Assembly (NCBI GenBank): GCA_964016885.1
Contig: OZ024749.1
Coordinates: forward strand, 53,010,001 to 53,074,000
DNA length: 64,000 nucleotides
Source: Eledone cirrhosa
Taxonomy: Eukaryota
Direction: 5' to 3'
In this document: in pieces, positions 41,086 to 53,411 of the stretch
Layout of the letters: every line of letters begins with the position of its first letter
Position numbering within the stretch: the first letter of the stretch is position 1
Made by a program: the position numbers and the translations under genes
The notes under the pieces: generated by a model
Seen by the model: the letters and a program-made list of their open reading frames with translations, nothing else
Told to the model about the DNA's origin: nothing
The model's database searches: none

Positions 41086-41431
41086 TTTATGTGTATATAT
41101 GTGTGTAAATTAAAGTCTTGCTGCCCCCTATAGATGTGTAGGGATCTTGTGAAGTCAATCTATATTAGTTTTGGAGGATCATTGGATCTTCAGGGGTAGT
41201 CTCCCTCTCTTTTAAGGAAAGTATCTCTTTTAATCTAGTTTTGAGTCAATACCAACACAGCACAATAATCTTACTTTTATTGATAGGACCCCAGTAAGAG
41301 TGGAGACATTTTAATTGATAATTATAGGAGAATTGAAAAAGAGAGAGAGGGAGAAAGGAGAAGGAGACAGGCAGAGGGTGAGTTAGTAAGAGATCGAGGG
41401 AGAGGTGGAGACAGATAGAAGGTGAGTCAGT

Positions 41432-41462
<31 letters not shown>

Positions 41463-42162
41463 TGAGACTGCCATTAGTTTAGTTATAGACCAAAGTAAAA
41501 AAAAAAAAGATCATTTTCAAGTTTTGTAACTCGTGTCTCTTTTTGTAAGAGTTACTTCCCTTGACAAACTCGCGTTTTTATTTCTTTTGTTTTGTCCTGT
41601 TTCCCCCCATAACTTTGTTTCTATGTTTCAGGATCGACAGTCATTAGAACATCGCGTAGAATGTTTGCGGTCTTCGTTCTGGGTTCTAGGTTCATATCTC
41701 AGTGTCCTCGGTGGGATTTGAACCTAGAACCCAGAGAGCCAGAACGAAGACCGCAAAACATCCTGCATGGCGTTCTAATGACTCTGCCGATACTCTCATT
41801 GTCACACCCTAGCAGGTATTCTTTCCACCCCTGTGTTCCTCCTCCTCCACTACCACTCTTTAGCTATTTTCTCCATCACCACACTGCCTACTCATTGTTC
41901 TATTGATAACACCATCTACACCACTACATCCTCTATCTAACTCTCGCTTCCTCTAACCCCAACAAAGCAGAGAGGTCTCTTCAGTTGGAACATATAAATT
42001 ATATACATTTTTACCAATAGAGAGTCGCTTTCTAACATAGACACAAGACTCTCTCATTGGAATTTAGACATCAACTAGGTAGATATGTCTGCATGTCTGC
42101 ATGTGTGTGCATGTATGAATGTTAATGTATGTGTGGATGTGCATGTTTTGAGTTATATGTGC

Positions 42163-42193
<31 letters not shown>

Positions 42194-42263
42194 TTCCGCC
42201 GAGGATAACTTTGCTCTTCATCCTTATGGGGTCAATAAAATAAAGTACCAGTAGTATATATAT

Positions 42264-42520
42264 GAAGGCGCGTGGCTTTGTGAAATTTCGGCTCACGCTC
42301 GTAAGGTCGTCAGTTCTTGAGCAAGACACGTTATTTCACATTGGTCCAGTTTAGTCAGCTGGCAAAAACGAGTTGTACCTGTAATTCGGCGTGAGAACTA
42401 CGTTACAGGCACGCTTGTTTGTGGAATGCTCAGTCACTTGCACGTTAGTTTCACGAGCAGGCTGTTCCGTTGATAGGATCAACTGGAACACTCGTCGTCG
42501 TAACCGACGGAGTGCCTTCC
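42264..42520 (+). mobile_element. tRNA-derived SINE, family 2
   Basis: gaaggcgcgtggc...cttgagcaagacacgttatttcac. Confidence 0.65.
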
Positions 42521-42865
42521 ATATGTATGTATGATCCACTAATGCCTTCTTGCTGTAATCTAAGTTGTTGTAGTTATCTGCCCCTGCCGCTAATAACCGT
42601 GGCAGCACTTGTACATGACGCGAGAATTCCGTGAAATTCTTTTTTGTTGTTGATATCATAACTGAATGACGTGTGTGTCTTTCTGACAACCAATCTCTCT
42701 ACTGGTTAACATTTAGCTTCATCTTGTATATAATATATAAATAGATATATTCCAGTCATCAGGAGAATGCGAAGTTGAACAATCGATACACATCTGAACG
42801 CTTAAATTTCTACATTTATTCCAGACCTAAAGAATCTGTTTGTTCAAACAAATTACCAGAGAAGC

Positions 42866-42888
42866 ATGCCCGTTGATATAATGTCCAG
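42866..42888 (+). CDS. EIF4E2: eIF4E2 probable first coding exon
   Basis: ATG CCC GTT GAT ATA ATG TCC AG|gtgcga. Phase 2 fits the next exon. A CpG-containing promoter-like stretch lies at about 42580-42680. No homology support for these residues. Confidence 0.45.
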
Positions 42889-43124
42889 GTGCGATTTTCA
42901 GAACCATATAATTTCTTTTGATATAATTTATTTCAATTTCTCTTGTATTTATCTGTTTTCCTCCTTCATGGAGTTATGTGAATGTATAAACCCTTAATAT
43001 GGTTGTGTTATTGAAATACCCCGTTTAAACTAATATATTTAAATAAATTATATACATATATATATATATATATATAAATGAGAGGTATAGAAATTGTTTT
43101 AGCGAGAAGCTAATAGTATTCTAT

Positions 43125-43161
<37 letters not shown>

Positions 43162-43238
43162 ATAATAAACAAATAAGACGGTTACTTTAGTCCATCCCTA
43201 TTTATTCAAAAGTATATATATATAAAAGTATATATATC

Positions 43239-43885
43239 AATAATTGTTTCTACTATTGGCACAAGGCCATCAAATACCCAGTGCATTACTGGTACTTTAT
43301 TTTATCGACCCCGTAAGGATGAAAGGCAAAGTCAACCTCGGCGGGATTTGAACTCAGTATATATATCAATAATTGTTTCTATTTTAGGCACAAGGCCAGC
43401 AAATACCCAATACACTACTGGTACTTTATTTTATCGACCCCATAAGGATGAAAGGCAAAGTTAACCTCGGCGTTCAAATCCCGCCGAGGTTAACTTTGCC
43501 TTTCATCCTTATGGGGTCGATAAAATAAAGTACCAGTAATGTACTGGGTAATTGCTGGCCTTGTGCCTAAAATAGAAACAATTATTGATATATATACTGA
43601 GTTCAAATCCCGCCGAGTATATATATCAATAATTGTTTCTACTTTTGGCACAAGGCCATCAAATACCCAGTGCATTACTGGTACTTTATTTTATCGACCC
43701 CCGTAAGGATGAAAGGCAAAGTCAACCTCGGCGGGATTTGAACTCAGATCGTAAAGGGACGTAACTATGCTGGAAAGCATGGCGTCCGACCCTCTACCGA
43801 TACTGCCAATCCAATATCAATAATTGTTTCTACTTTAGGCACAAGGCCAGCAATTACCCAGTACATTACTGGTACTTTATTTTAA
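43239..43885. mobile_element. family-1 SINE cluster with internal inverted duplication
   Basis: Five SINE segments, one of them inverted (43482-43617). Confidence 0.85.
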
Positions 43886-44765
43886 GAACTCACAACATTA
43901 AGTTCTAGTTTGAATATGTCACTATCTGTAAAACAACTTTTGTATTTTATCTGATGAGAGCGTACCAAAATTTTGGTACCCTTGAAATATAATAAAATAA
44001 ATATGGTTTTATAAAGATAGTTTCCATTTATTAATATCATTGATATTATACTCCAGAAGAAATATTATTGAGTGCTTCGAATCTGTTATAAACTAAATTG
44101 TTGAATAATCAAATTAAATAACTCATTGCTTATAAAAGTATATATATATATAATCTTCCATTTGTGTATATATATATATAAATAAATATATCTGTATGTG
44201 GTAGTCCTCAATACACAATAGCGTTGTAATTTATTTCACAGTAAAATAATAATCCATGCTTGTTTTAGTTAGAATTTTTTTCTTTTCTCTTCTTTTTGGA
44301 AATTTATATAAAAAAATATTTCAGCTAAATAGTTTCTACCTGTGAATTTTAAGGAAGGGAAACTACTGGTTATCCCCCCCCCCCCCCAGGGGTACCCTTC
44401 ACCAAACAGATTGATGATAAATATCTATCTAGTTGTTTTTTTCCTCATCCCCTTAACGTAGTGTATATAAAGACGGTATTGTGTGATTTGAGGGGAATTT
44501 GGCTGCTATTTCTAACAATTCAAACGACCAACTAGCTGTTCCTTTGTTGTGTTAGGGTTATACTATTATATTATATTGCTTTGAAATTTGATTTAAAACA
44601 AATTTCATAGAAGGGTGGAATGTTTTGCTCTGAGGGTTCCCCCATATTTTGAAGAAAGGATTTTTAAGACCCGAACTATTAGGACGATAAAAACAAAAAA
44701 ACAATAACCCGACAATAATAAATAGCATTGAGTAAATTATTAATTTTAAATATTTTTTATTCCAG

Positions 44766-44844
44766 TTTAAAACTTGATGACAATGATGAAGATAGTCAAG
44801 ATAAAAACAGAAATTCCTGTAAAATTCCTGTTAAAAAACATATG
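44766..44844 (+). CDS. EIF4E2: eIF4E2 exon
   Basis: tccag|T LKLDDNDEDSQDKNRNSCKIPVKKHM|gtaggt, resembling the acidic LKDDD N-terminus of 4EHP. Confidence 0.8.
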
Positions 44845-45990
44845 GTAGGTTCTAGAGACATTCTCTGTGGATTTTGTTGGGTTTTTCTTCTGTAGCTGCC
44901 TTAGATATGTATGGTTTCTATTGTACACATTTTATTAGGGTACTTTACAACCCAAATACCACCAAGTGTTTTTACCAACAGTTATGTTGTTAATAGCTAC
45001 CATTATATTCACATATGTATTATCATCACCGTTTGTCTATTTTTTCCACTCTTGAATGGGTACATACATATATCATCACCGTTTTACGTCCATTCTTCCA
45101 CACACACACACATGTATATATTGAGTTAGAAACTCAAAATAGTCTCTTACAATTAAATAGCTCAAAGAAAGTTTTTCTGAGCTGTCTAATATAATTGAAT
45201 ATACAAGAGAGATAAACACAGATATAAACATACATGTGTGTACACACACACATGCATATACACATATACACAGTCAGTGCTGGAAGTGATATAAAAGATT
45301 GGCTTTTATCTAAAGCAGATATGATGACCACACAAAAGGTTTTTGATAATTGTGAACTCGCTAAAACTTGGAACAATGAAATTTAACAGCTCAAAATCTG
45401 TGATAATGTCATCAGTTGGTCACAGAAATAGATTGACAATTGTTGAGTCGGGTAGGGCGAGATTCTTATCTGCACAACAAAATCTCACTAAATATAGTCA
45501 CAATTATTCTGAGTCGGATTGTTTTTGTGAATTTGATAAACATTGGAACTAGACGACAATGATGATGATGATGATGATTCAAAGTTAAGATTCCCAAATG
45601 ACATGTAATTATTTGAACATTGTGTGAAAAGGAAAGTATCAGAATAGCTTTAATTCAGATGATCTGAAATTAAAATGTATTGGTATTGAGTTCATTCAAC
45701 AGCTGGACTTAATTTCTAAATTTCAGAGGATTAAAGCCAAAGAAATAGAATGTATGATGATGTCACTGTGTTTATATGTTGATGATGATGATATAAATAT
45801 GTTGTGATTTTTGTGGATATAAGTCTAATTATTGCTAGCAGGGAAGACAGAGGTTTGATGGTGGTGATAGTGATGATGCTACATTCAAATTGGAGAAGGA
45901 AGACGGGCTCTTCCAGGTTTACTATGCCACAGAAACGCTGCCTATCACTACAATGATCCTATGATTCCACCAGGAGCCATGGTCCATATA

Positions 45991-46307
45991 TCTATATATA
46001 TAAAGTTGTATTCCTGTCTGTTTGTTTGTTTGTTCACGAACATCTCCTATGGTTTTGGAGATAGACCCCCATAATCATATATATTCTGAAACTACATTGC
46101 CCAGGGTACTTGGATAAGTATATTTCATTTTAATCAAAGTGTTCCCCGGGGGCACAAACCCCCACTGAAAATTTTTTCCCTTCGATTTATATGAAATTTA
46201 AACCATAGAAAAATGACAAGATATGATGCCTATTCACGAGATTTTAGCAAATTTCAATAATATTAAGACACCCTAATGGGGTTTTTCTCCATAAATTATA
46301 TCACTGA

Positions 46308-46312
<5 letters not shown>
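45991..46312 (+). mobile_element. possible Helitron-type non-autonomous element (5' part)
   Basis: a|TCTATATATATAAAG...gtctgtttgtttgtttg start, typical of non-autonomous Helitrons. No 3' hairpin/CTAG found. Confidence 0.4.
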
Positions 46313-46359
<47 letters not shown>

Positions 46360-46812
46360 TCAGCCGAATTACCTGCACCTTGCTGCGTTTCTGATGAAAG
46401 TTAAACCTTGGCAACCATTATAGTAAATAAATATTCTTTTTTTATCATGCAAAACCATTTTGCTGGTTTGAGAGCTGATGAGGGTGAAGATGTGTATGTG
46501 TGAACTTGTACACCACCTTTCTGAGTGCCAGCATGCTTCTCCTAAGTTCTCTTTCAGTCTTTTCTATGTTTTGTCTGCCTGTTGCCCACCTCACGGGTTG
46601 TCTCTCTGTCAACCACTGGCCGCTGGTCTCTGTCCTCTGAGGCATTTTTGCCCATCACTGCCTTTGACAGCATTTGGTCGCTCTTCTAGCAGTATGTTTT
46701 CTCATTTTGTATGTATTACAAGTTGTATTTCCATCTAGACTTTGTCATGTAAGTATTAATCAGTTTTAGTTATTAAAATAACGGCTTTTAAAATTGTCAT
46801 TGTATATTCCAG

Positions 46813-46929
46813 AAACCTGGTCCTGGGGAACATCAACTTCAGTTCAACTATTCACTTTGGTTTTCACGTCGTGGTCATGGAAAACAGAGTTATGATCAAA
46901 ATCTCAAATATATCACATCTTTTGCCTCA
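46813..46929 (+). CDS. EIF4E2: eIF4E2 exon
   Basis: ccag|KPGPGEHQLQFNYSLWFSRRGHGKQSYDQNLKYITSFAS|gtacgt. Tyr at both the W43- and W56-equivalent positions indicates class II eIF4E. Confidence 0.95.
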
Positions 46930-47877
46930 GTACGTAACATACTTTAAAACCTCCATGCTTTCTGAGATTCGCCAACACTACACCTAATATTCCCCCTCCA
47001 TACACACGCACACATGTATATCATGACTTATACACTATTCATTTCCCTGGCATTTGTATATTATTCTATGTACTACACATGCACCTTTGATGAGTTGTAG
47101 TGCACCTGAGCACTATACACAATAATTTCATTATTATTATTATAGTTTCTCCTTTTTCTTTTTAAATATTTATTTCACCTGGAAAGATAAGATGGAGGTT
47201 TCCAAAGCAAACTTCTTAACCACACACTGACTTACCTGTGACATTTTGTCTTCATTTACCCCACTATGTAACTTAGTTTCTCCACTTTTTTGAATATTTA
47301 TTTCACCTGTCAATCAAACTATAACCATGCCTCTGAAGAGATAGATTTGAAAACCCAGTCCACTCTGTAAAGTGATAGTGCTGGTGCTATAACAAAAGCA
47401 CCCAGTAAGGTGATAGTGCTGGTGCCACAAATATATTTATGAAGTTTTAATATTTTGATATTTAAAGTGTTTTAAATGTTATTTAGACTATAGTTTTTGT
47501 TTCATAACTCCATTATGTAATGATTTTTTTTATCGATTTCCAACTATTTTGAAAGCCATATTCATTCAAACCATAAAAAATAGGAAATACGAATTTCACC
47601 TCCAAAGTGAAACCAGTGTAATATGCACCTCCAAAGTGAAACCAGTGTAATATTCACCTCCAAAGCAAAAATATTTTAGCACTTCATTTATGAAGAATTT
47701 TGAAGTTGGTGAAAATTGGTAAAATATTGACCTCGAATATAAGTTTATCGCCTCACCACCATTTTACAATCAATTTTTTTTGTTTTGTCACATATTTCTC
47801 TGCTTATACACGAGTATAAACGGTAAATTTAAGTTTTGTTTTTCATGTTTGATCTTATCTGCTACCATTCCTTTTAG

Positions 47878-47982
47878 GTTGAACAGTTCTGGTCACTTTA
47901 CAGCCATTTATTGCGACCAACAGATCTGCCAGGACACAGTGACTATCATATATTCAAAGATGGTATTCGACCAATGTGGGAA
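47878..47982 (+). CDS. EIF4E2: eIF4E2 exon
   Basis: ttag|VEQFWSLYSHLLRPTDLPGHSDYHIFKDGIRPMWE|gtaagc. Confidence 0.97.
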
Positions 47983-48039
47983 GTAAGCACGACTGCACTG
48001 TTTTTACTTATATATTCTTTTATTTATTTACTGGATCAA

Positions 48040-48372
48040 TAAATGGGATACAGTGTACCTATTCTAAAAACTGGGATACAGTGTACCTATTCTAAAAATT
48101 AGGATACAGTGTACCTATTTTAAAAACTGGTATACAGTGTACCTATTCTAAAATCTGGGATACGGTGTACCTATTCTAAAAACTACGATATGGTGTACCT
48201 ATTTTAAAAACTGGGATACAGTGTATCTATTTAAAAAAATGGGATACAGTGTACCTACTAAAAACTGGGATAGTGAACCCACTAAAAACTGGTTCAGTGT
48301 ACCTACTAAAAACTGGGGTACAGTATACCTACTAAAAACTGGGGTACAGTGTACCTACTAAAAACTGGGGTA
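48040..48372. repeat. ~26-28-bp tandem repeat
   Basis: Unit aaaaactgggatacagtgtacctattct. Confidence 0.85.
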
Positions 48373-48670
48373 CACAGAGATGTGAGTTATTAAATAATCC
48401 AGATTTCAATATAAGTTAAATTTAAAGAAATTCAATTTTGCATTAAAATAAATGTTAAATTTTGTTTAATATATTTTATATAAAAATATTTTATTTGAAA
48501 TTTTACAAATCAATAAAAATTAATATTTTGCTCAACCAAGCCAGAAACAGTTCTGTATGAGCAAGACATGGTTACCTGATCCGACATGTCTCACAATAGG
48601 ACAACTTGTCTAACCCATGCTAGCATAGAAAATGGACATTAAGCAATGATAAGGATTTTGAATGTATTAA

Positions 48671-48855
48671 CTCTTTAGCATTTAAAGTGGCCATATCTGG
48701 CCAGAATTCTCTTCTTTCTGTTTAAACTGGCTGCTCATACTGATGTTAAGGTATTGTTCTCAAAATAAATGTCAAAATCTCATAGATTCGATATTATGTG
48801 AGGTAAATCCTTTACCACAAAAATACAATAGTAAATATTGAGTAATGCTAAAGGA
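48671..48855 (-). mobile_element. piggyBac-type TTAA MITE, family A (inverted)
   Basis: Reverse complement of the 26001-type element. Confidence 0.75.
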
Positions 48856-48911
48856 TTAAATAAAAATTGTGTTGTAATTTGTAATAATTTTTGGGAGTTT
48901 TTGTTTTCCAG

Positions 48912-49064
48912 GATTCCGCCAATAAAGATGGAGGTAAATGGATAATTCGGTTAAGGAAAGGATTAGCGGCTCGTTGCTGGGAAAACTTGATACTAGCCAT
49001 GTTAGGAGAGCAATTTATGGTTGGTGAAGAGATTTGTGGTGCTGTCTTATCTATGAGATATCAG
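48912..49064 (+). CDS. EIF4E2: eIF4E2 exon
   Basis: ccag|DSANKDGGKWIIRLRKGLAARCWENLILAMLGEQFMVGEEICGAVLSMRYQ|gtatgt. Confidence 0.98.
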
Positions 49065-49352
49065 GTATGTAAAGCTTTCTATATCAATATTGATCAGATA
49101 TCTATAATATTGAATTGATCAAATATCAACAATTTTGCAGAATTCTTTTTTTTTTTTTTGTAAATTTATGGTTAATGTATTGTATACTAGTACGTAGTGT
49201 CTTGTACACAAGAACTGAGTACATAGTGTCTTGTACACAAGAACTGAATACAGTCTTGTACACAAGAACTGACTACATAGTGTCTTGTTCATGTGGTTTG
49301 TTATTGAAAGGGTTAAAATATAACAAATAATAGTTTATTTTAACTAACTTGC

Positions 49353-50105
49353 ACATACACACATTCCCCTCTCTCTCACCTCACATAGACATACACACAT
49401 TCCCCTCTCTCTCACCTCACATAGACATACACACATTCCCCTCTCTCACCTCACAGACATACACACATTCCCCTCTCTCTCACCTCACATAGACATACAC
49501 ACATTCCCCCCTCTCTCACCTCACAGACATGCACACATTCCCCTCTTTCTCACCTCACATAGACATACACACATTTCCCTCTCTCTCACCTCACATAGAC
49601 ATACACACATTCCCCTCTCTCTCACCTCACATAGACATACACACATACCTCTCTCTCTCTTTCACATTCCTCTCTCCCTACCTCCCTCTCGCACACAAGT
49701 ACCTCTCCCTCCCTCCTTCCTCTCTCACTCACACAAACATACTTTTTTCACTCTCTCTGTCTCCTAAAAATAAACTACAATCACTACAGAACATACAGTT
49801 CTCTCCCTTCCTCTCACTCACATATCTCTATCCCCCCCTCTCTCTCTCTCTCTCTCTCCTATATAGTTGTAATTCTTCCTCTCTCTCTCCTATACAGTTG
49901 TAATTCTTCCTCTCCCCCCCTTCCTCCCCTATACAGTTGTAATTCTTCCTCTCTCTCTCTCCTATACAGTTGTAATTCTCCCCCCCTTCCTCCCCTCTCT
50001 CTCCTATACAGTTGTAATTCTTCCTCTCTCTCTCTCCTATACAGTTGTAATTCTTCCCCCCCCCCCCTTCCTCCCCCTTCTCTCTCCTATACAGTTGTAA
50101 TTCTT
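49353..50105. repeat. pyrimidine-rich tandem repeats (36-bp unit, then cctatacagttgtaattcttcc units)
   Basis: Direct inspection. Confidence 0.85.
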
Positions 50106-50130
50106 CTTTATATTTCTGTTATATTTTCAG

Positions 50131-50264
50131 GAAGATATTCTGTCCCTCTGGAACCGAACAGCCAATGATTCAATAACATCCCGTATCCGAGATACATTGA
50201 AACGTGTTCTAAACTTACCTCCAAATACTATAATAGAGTATAAGATGCATGTTGACAGTATAAA
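50131..50264 (+). CDS. EIF4E2: eIF4E2 exon
   Basis: ttcag|EDILSLWNRTANDSITSRIRDTLKRVLNLPPNTIIEYKMHVDSI AA|gttagt. Confidence 0.97.
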
Positions 50265-50478
50265 GTTAGTTCCTGAAGGCCTTAGACTTCTACTGAAATA
50301 GTTTTATTTTCATTTTATTATTTAAATTCAGTGTATGTTTGTATTTTCTTTTTATTCTTCGTCCACCATATCGCTGCCTCCTACGTCTTTCTGTTTTTGT
50401 AATATATTAGTCGTTTTTTTTTTTTTCTATTAGTAAGGGATCCTTTTCTTGTATTTAGGTTACTTCAGAGATTTTCAG

Positions 50479-50518
<40 letters not shown>

Positions 50519-50521
<3 letters not shown>

Positions 50522-50714
50522 GGAAAAAGTATGACCCCGACGCAGAGCTCAAGCCGTTTCAACGGCTATTTCTGGACGTCCAGAAATAGCCGTCGAAACG
50601 GCTTGAGCTCTGCCGTCGGGGTCATACTTTTTCCTATTTCCCACTCTACTACCCTAAGTATTGAGTACTCTGGTGCGTTATGGTCCATTTGGTTCTTTAC
50701 CACATTTCCTTTGT

Positions 50715-50715
<1 letters not shown>
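50519..50715. mobile_element. fold-back element with a hammerhead 3' half (family H2)
   Basis: ~59-bp-arm palindrome centred at GGAC|GTCC (50577/8). The right arm has GAAAC-GGC..GCC-GTC. The tail ccactctactaccctaagtattgagtactctggtgcgttatggtcc is shared with 61250-61300. Flanked by (TA)n. Confidence 0.7.
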
Positions 50716-50756
<41 letters not shown>

Positions 50757-50818
50757 TATATATACATATATAGTAATAATAAATATGAAGAACAAAATCT
50801 GAAGATGTCTTGATAAGG

Positions 50819-50868
<50 letters not shown>

Positions 50869-51080
50869 CATATATAAAAATAAAAACCCGTAGAGTAAAT
50901 ATTTATTAGTACAGATTTCAAAAGATCCTGTATAGGGTAAAAGCAGAAATTTTTTGCTTAAAATTTAATTTGTACTGATATGTGTGTGTGTGTGTGTATA
51001 TATATATATTTTTTTTTAACTAAAATTACTTTACTTAATTAACTAAAATTATTTCACTTAATTACTCGAACATCTATATT

Positions 51081-51158
51081 CAGGGTGTTGCAAAAAAATG
51101 TATACACACTACAACAGCATTCTAATAAAAGTATGTATACATTTTTGGGGACACCCTG
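51081..51158. mobile_element. very short Tc1/mariner-type MITE
   Basis: CAGGGTGT..AAAAATGTATAC / GTATACATTTTT..ACACCCTG. Confidence 0.65.
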
Positions 51159-52295
51159 TGTGTATATATATATATAGTTAACATTAATTTCATCCATCTA
51201 GTTCATACCTATCTCTGCTGGCAAAATTTTAATTCGGAATGAAGCTATATGTCCCCTATATTGTGTTGGTAATTATCAATTTACTGGGTCTAGATGTTTT
51301 TGTAAATCAGTGAAAAAATGGCTCTTCCTATCTTTCCTTTTAGTTCAAAATTACATCATGGACGTTGTTTCAATATAAAAGAACAAATTTACATTGTAGA
51401 ACTTAATAGTGATTTAAATTGTGTGATTTAAACAACAAATTTATATTAATTTAAACAAATTTATATCAATTTCAGAAATAAACAAGCAATAATTAATATA
51501 TTGAGAAATAATTAATATATTAAGGAGTTGATTGCTATCATTAACTATTCATTATTACTTTGATATATAACAAAAAAAAAAACACAAAAATAACTAAAAA
51601 GCAAAAAATCAAAATTATGGTGCTGACAGTTTATTATAATTAGTTTAATATCCCGGTCTTAATTATTTTAGTATAATTATCTGAATATCTCAATCTTAAC
51701 TAATTTAGTATAATCGGTTTAATATCTGTCTTGATTATTTTAGTATAATTATCTGAATATCTCTGTTAATTAATTTAGTATAATCAGTTTAATATCTCAG
51801 TCTTAACTAATTTAGTATAATTTGTTTAATATCCCAGTCTTAATTAATTTAGTATAATTAGTTTAATATCTGTTTTAATTAATTTAGTATAATTAGTTTA
51901 ATATCTGTCTTGATTAATTTAGTATAATATCTCAGTGTTAATTAATGTTAATTAGAGATGAAGTAATTATATTTACCATGAATATATACTCATCTCTATT
52001 CTGCTTTTTAATGTATGTAATTATTTTCTTTCCTTGCATTATTTATTATTAAAGCAGCTATCATGTTTAAATGTCTACTTCTGCTAGAAATATCTTAGTT
52101 TTCTATTTTTATACCAACAATTATCACTTCTTCTTGAGAAATATTCTTATCCAGCTCTACTTTCCCTTTAGTTAATTTCAGATCATCTTCACTGTTACAT
52201 TTAATCAGTAACATTTTATCACACACACTCACACCCACACACATAATTGTATTAATATATAAAAAAGAAAATTTTCGCTCTACATGGCTGAATAC

Positions 52296-52472
52296 AATAA
52301 ATGTAATCTGAGTTTTTCGAATATTAATAATAACATTCGATTCGTTTGCAATTATGTAAACAAGCTTCAATTTTATAGCCATGTCATGGCTATAAAATTG
52401 AGGCTTGTTTGCATAATTGCAAACGAATCGAATGTTATTATTAATATTCGAAAAACTCAGATCACATTTATT
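52296..52472. repeat. 88-bp-arm palindrome with a 1-nt spacer
   Basis: Arms 52296-52383 and 52385-52472 with 3 differences (two G.U-compatible, one A.C). Confidence 0.95.
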
Positions 52473-52658
52473 AATATGTATAAAATGTGGGTAATATTAA
52501 ATATTATCCAATTGCAAGTATGAGAATAGCTCAATGTAAAATAACAAGTATGTTACAGAGCTGAATTACTTTATAAAGAACAATCACTTAAATGTTTTAA
52601 AACACTCTTTGATTGTTGTTTATAAAGTATATATATACACACACACACACACATGCCA

Positions 52659-53033
52659 CAGGGTGTATCAAAAAGAATCATCCAATTTCAACAGACAATA
52701 TTTTTTTTTTTTAATCAAATGCCCATATAATCATGTGGTAACATGTAGAATACATGTCTGGGTATAAAGTTTTATTTACAATGTTTACAAATGCTTAATA
52801 TGCCCTCCTCTTCCAGGCTCATACTTGTTGAAACGAAGGGGGCAGACACTTTTTGTTTGCTGGGTTGACATTTTAAGGCAGGCTGAAGAGCATGTGAAAA
52901 TTGTAAATAATTTTATAAAATATTTATAAAAAAAAAAAAAAGATATAATAAACCTTTATATTCAGAAATGTATTATACAAGTTACTGCATAGTTGTCATT
53001 TGTTAAAATTGGATGACTCTTTTAGATACACCC

Positions 53034-53035
<2 letters not shown>
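52659..53035. mobile_element. Tc1/mariner-type MITE
   Basis: CAGGGTGTATCAAAAAGAATCATCCAATTT ... AAATTGGATGACTCTTTTAGATACACCCT. Confidence 0.75.
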
Positions 53036-53067
<32 letters not shown>

Positions 53068-53203
53068 TATATATATATCTGGTGTGGGATGCTTAAAGTG
53101 TCCGTATGCAGTAGGGCGTTTGAGCACTCGATGCTCTTACAGAGCAGAGTATAATATCACATAAGAAACGGAGAATCAGTGGTGCGATGAATTAAAATTT
53201 ATT

Positions 53204-53300
53204 AGACATATTACAATCGTTTCTCTGGCAACCAGCTCGAGGTTGGATCGATGCGAGGATTGAACCTGACTCTGAAATCGCAAGATCCTCAGATATGTCT
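53204..53300 (-). ncRNA. type I hammerhead ribozyme motif (family H1) inside inverted element 53154-53418
   Basis: Minus strand AGACATAT-CTGAGGA-[tcttgcga...ttgccaga]-GAAAC-GATT-GTA-ATATGTCT: 8-bp stem I, CUGANGA, GAAA, GUA triplet. Confidence 0.75.
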
Positions 53301-53411
53301 TAATCTTTTGAAGCAGAGTTTCCAAATTTGGAAACTCTGGTTGCCAGAGAAACGATTGTAATATGTCTAATAAATTTTAATTTGTCGCACCACTGATTCT
53401 CCGTTTCTTAT

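Noticed and set aside
46388-46425. CTGATGA-aag..ctt hammerhead-like motif
   Set aside because: GAAA is replaced by GCAA and no stem I is evident. At most a dead remnant.
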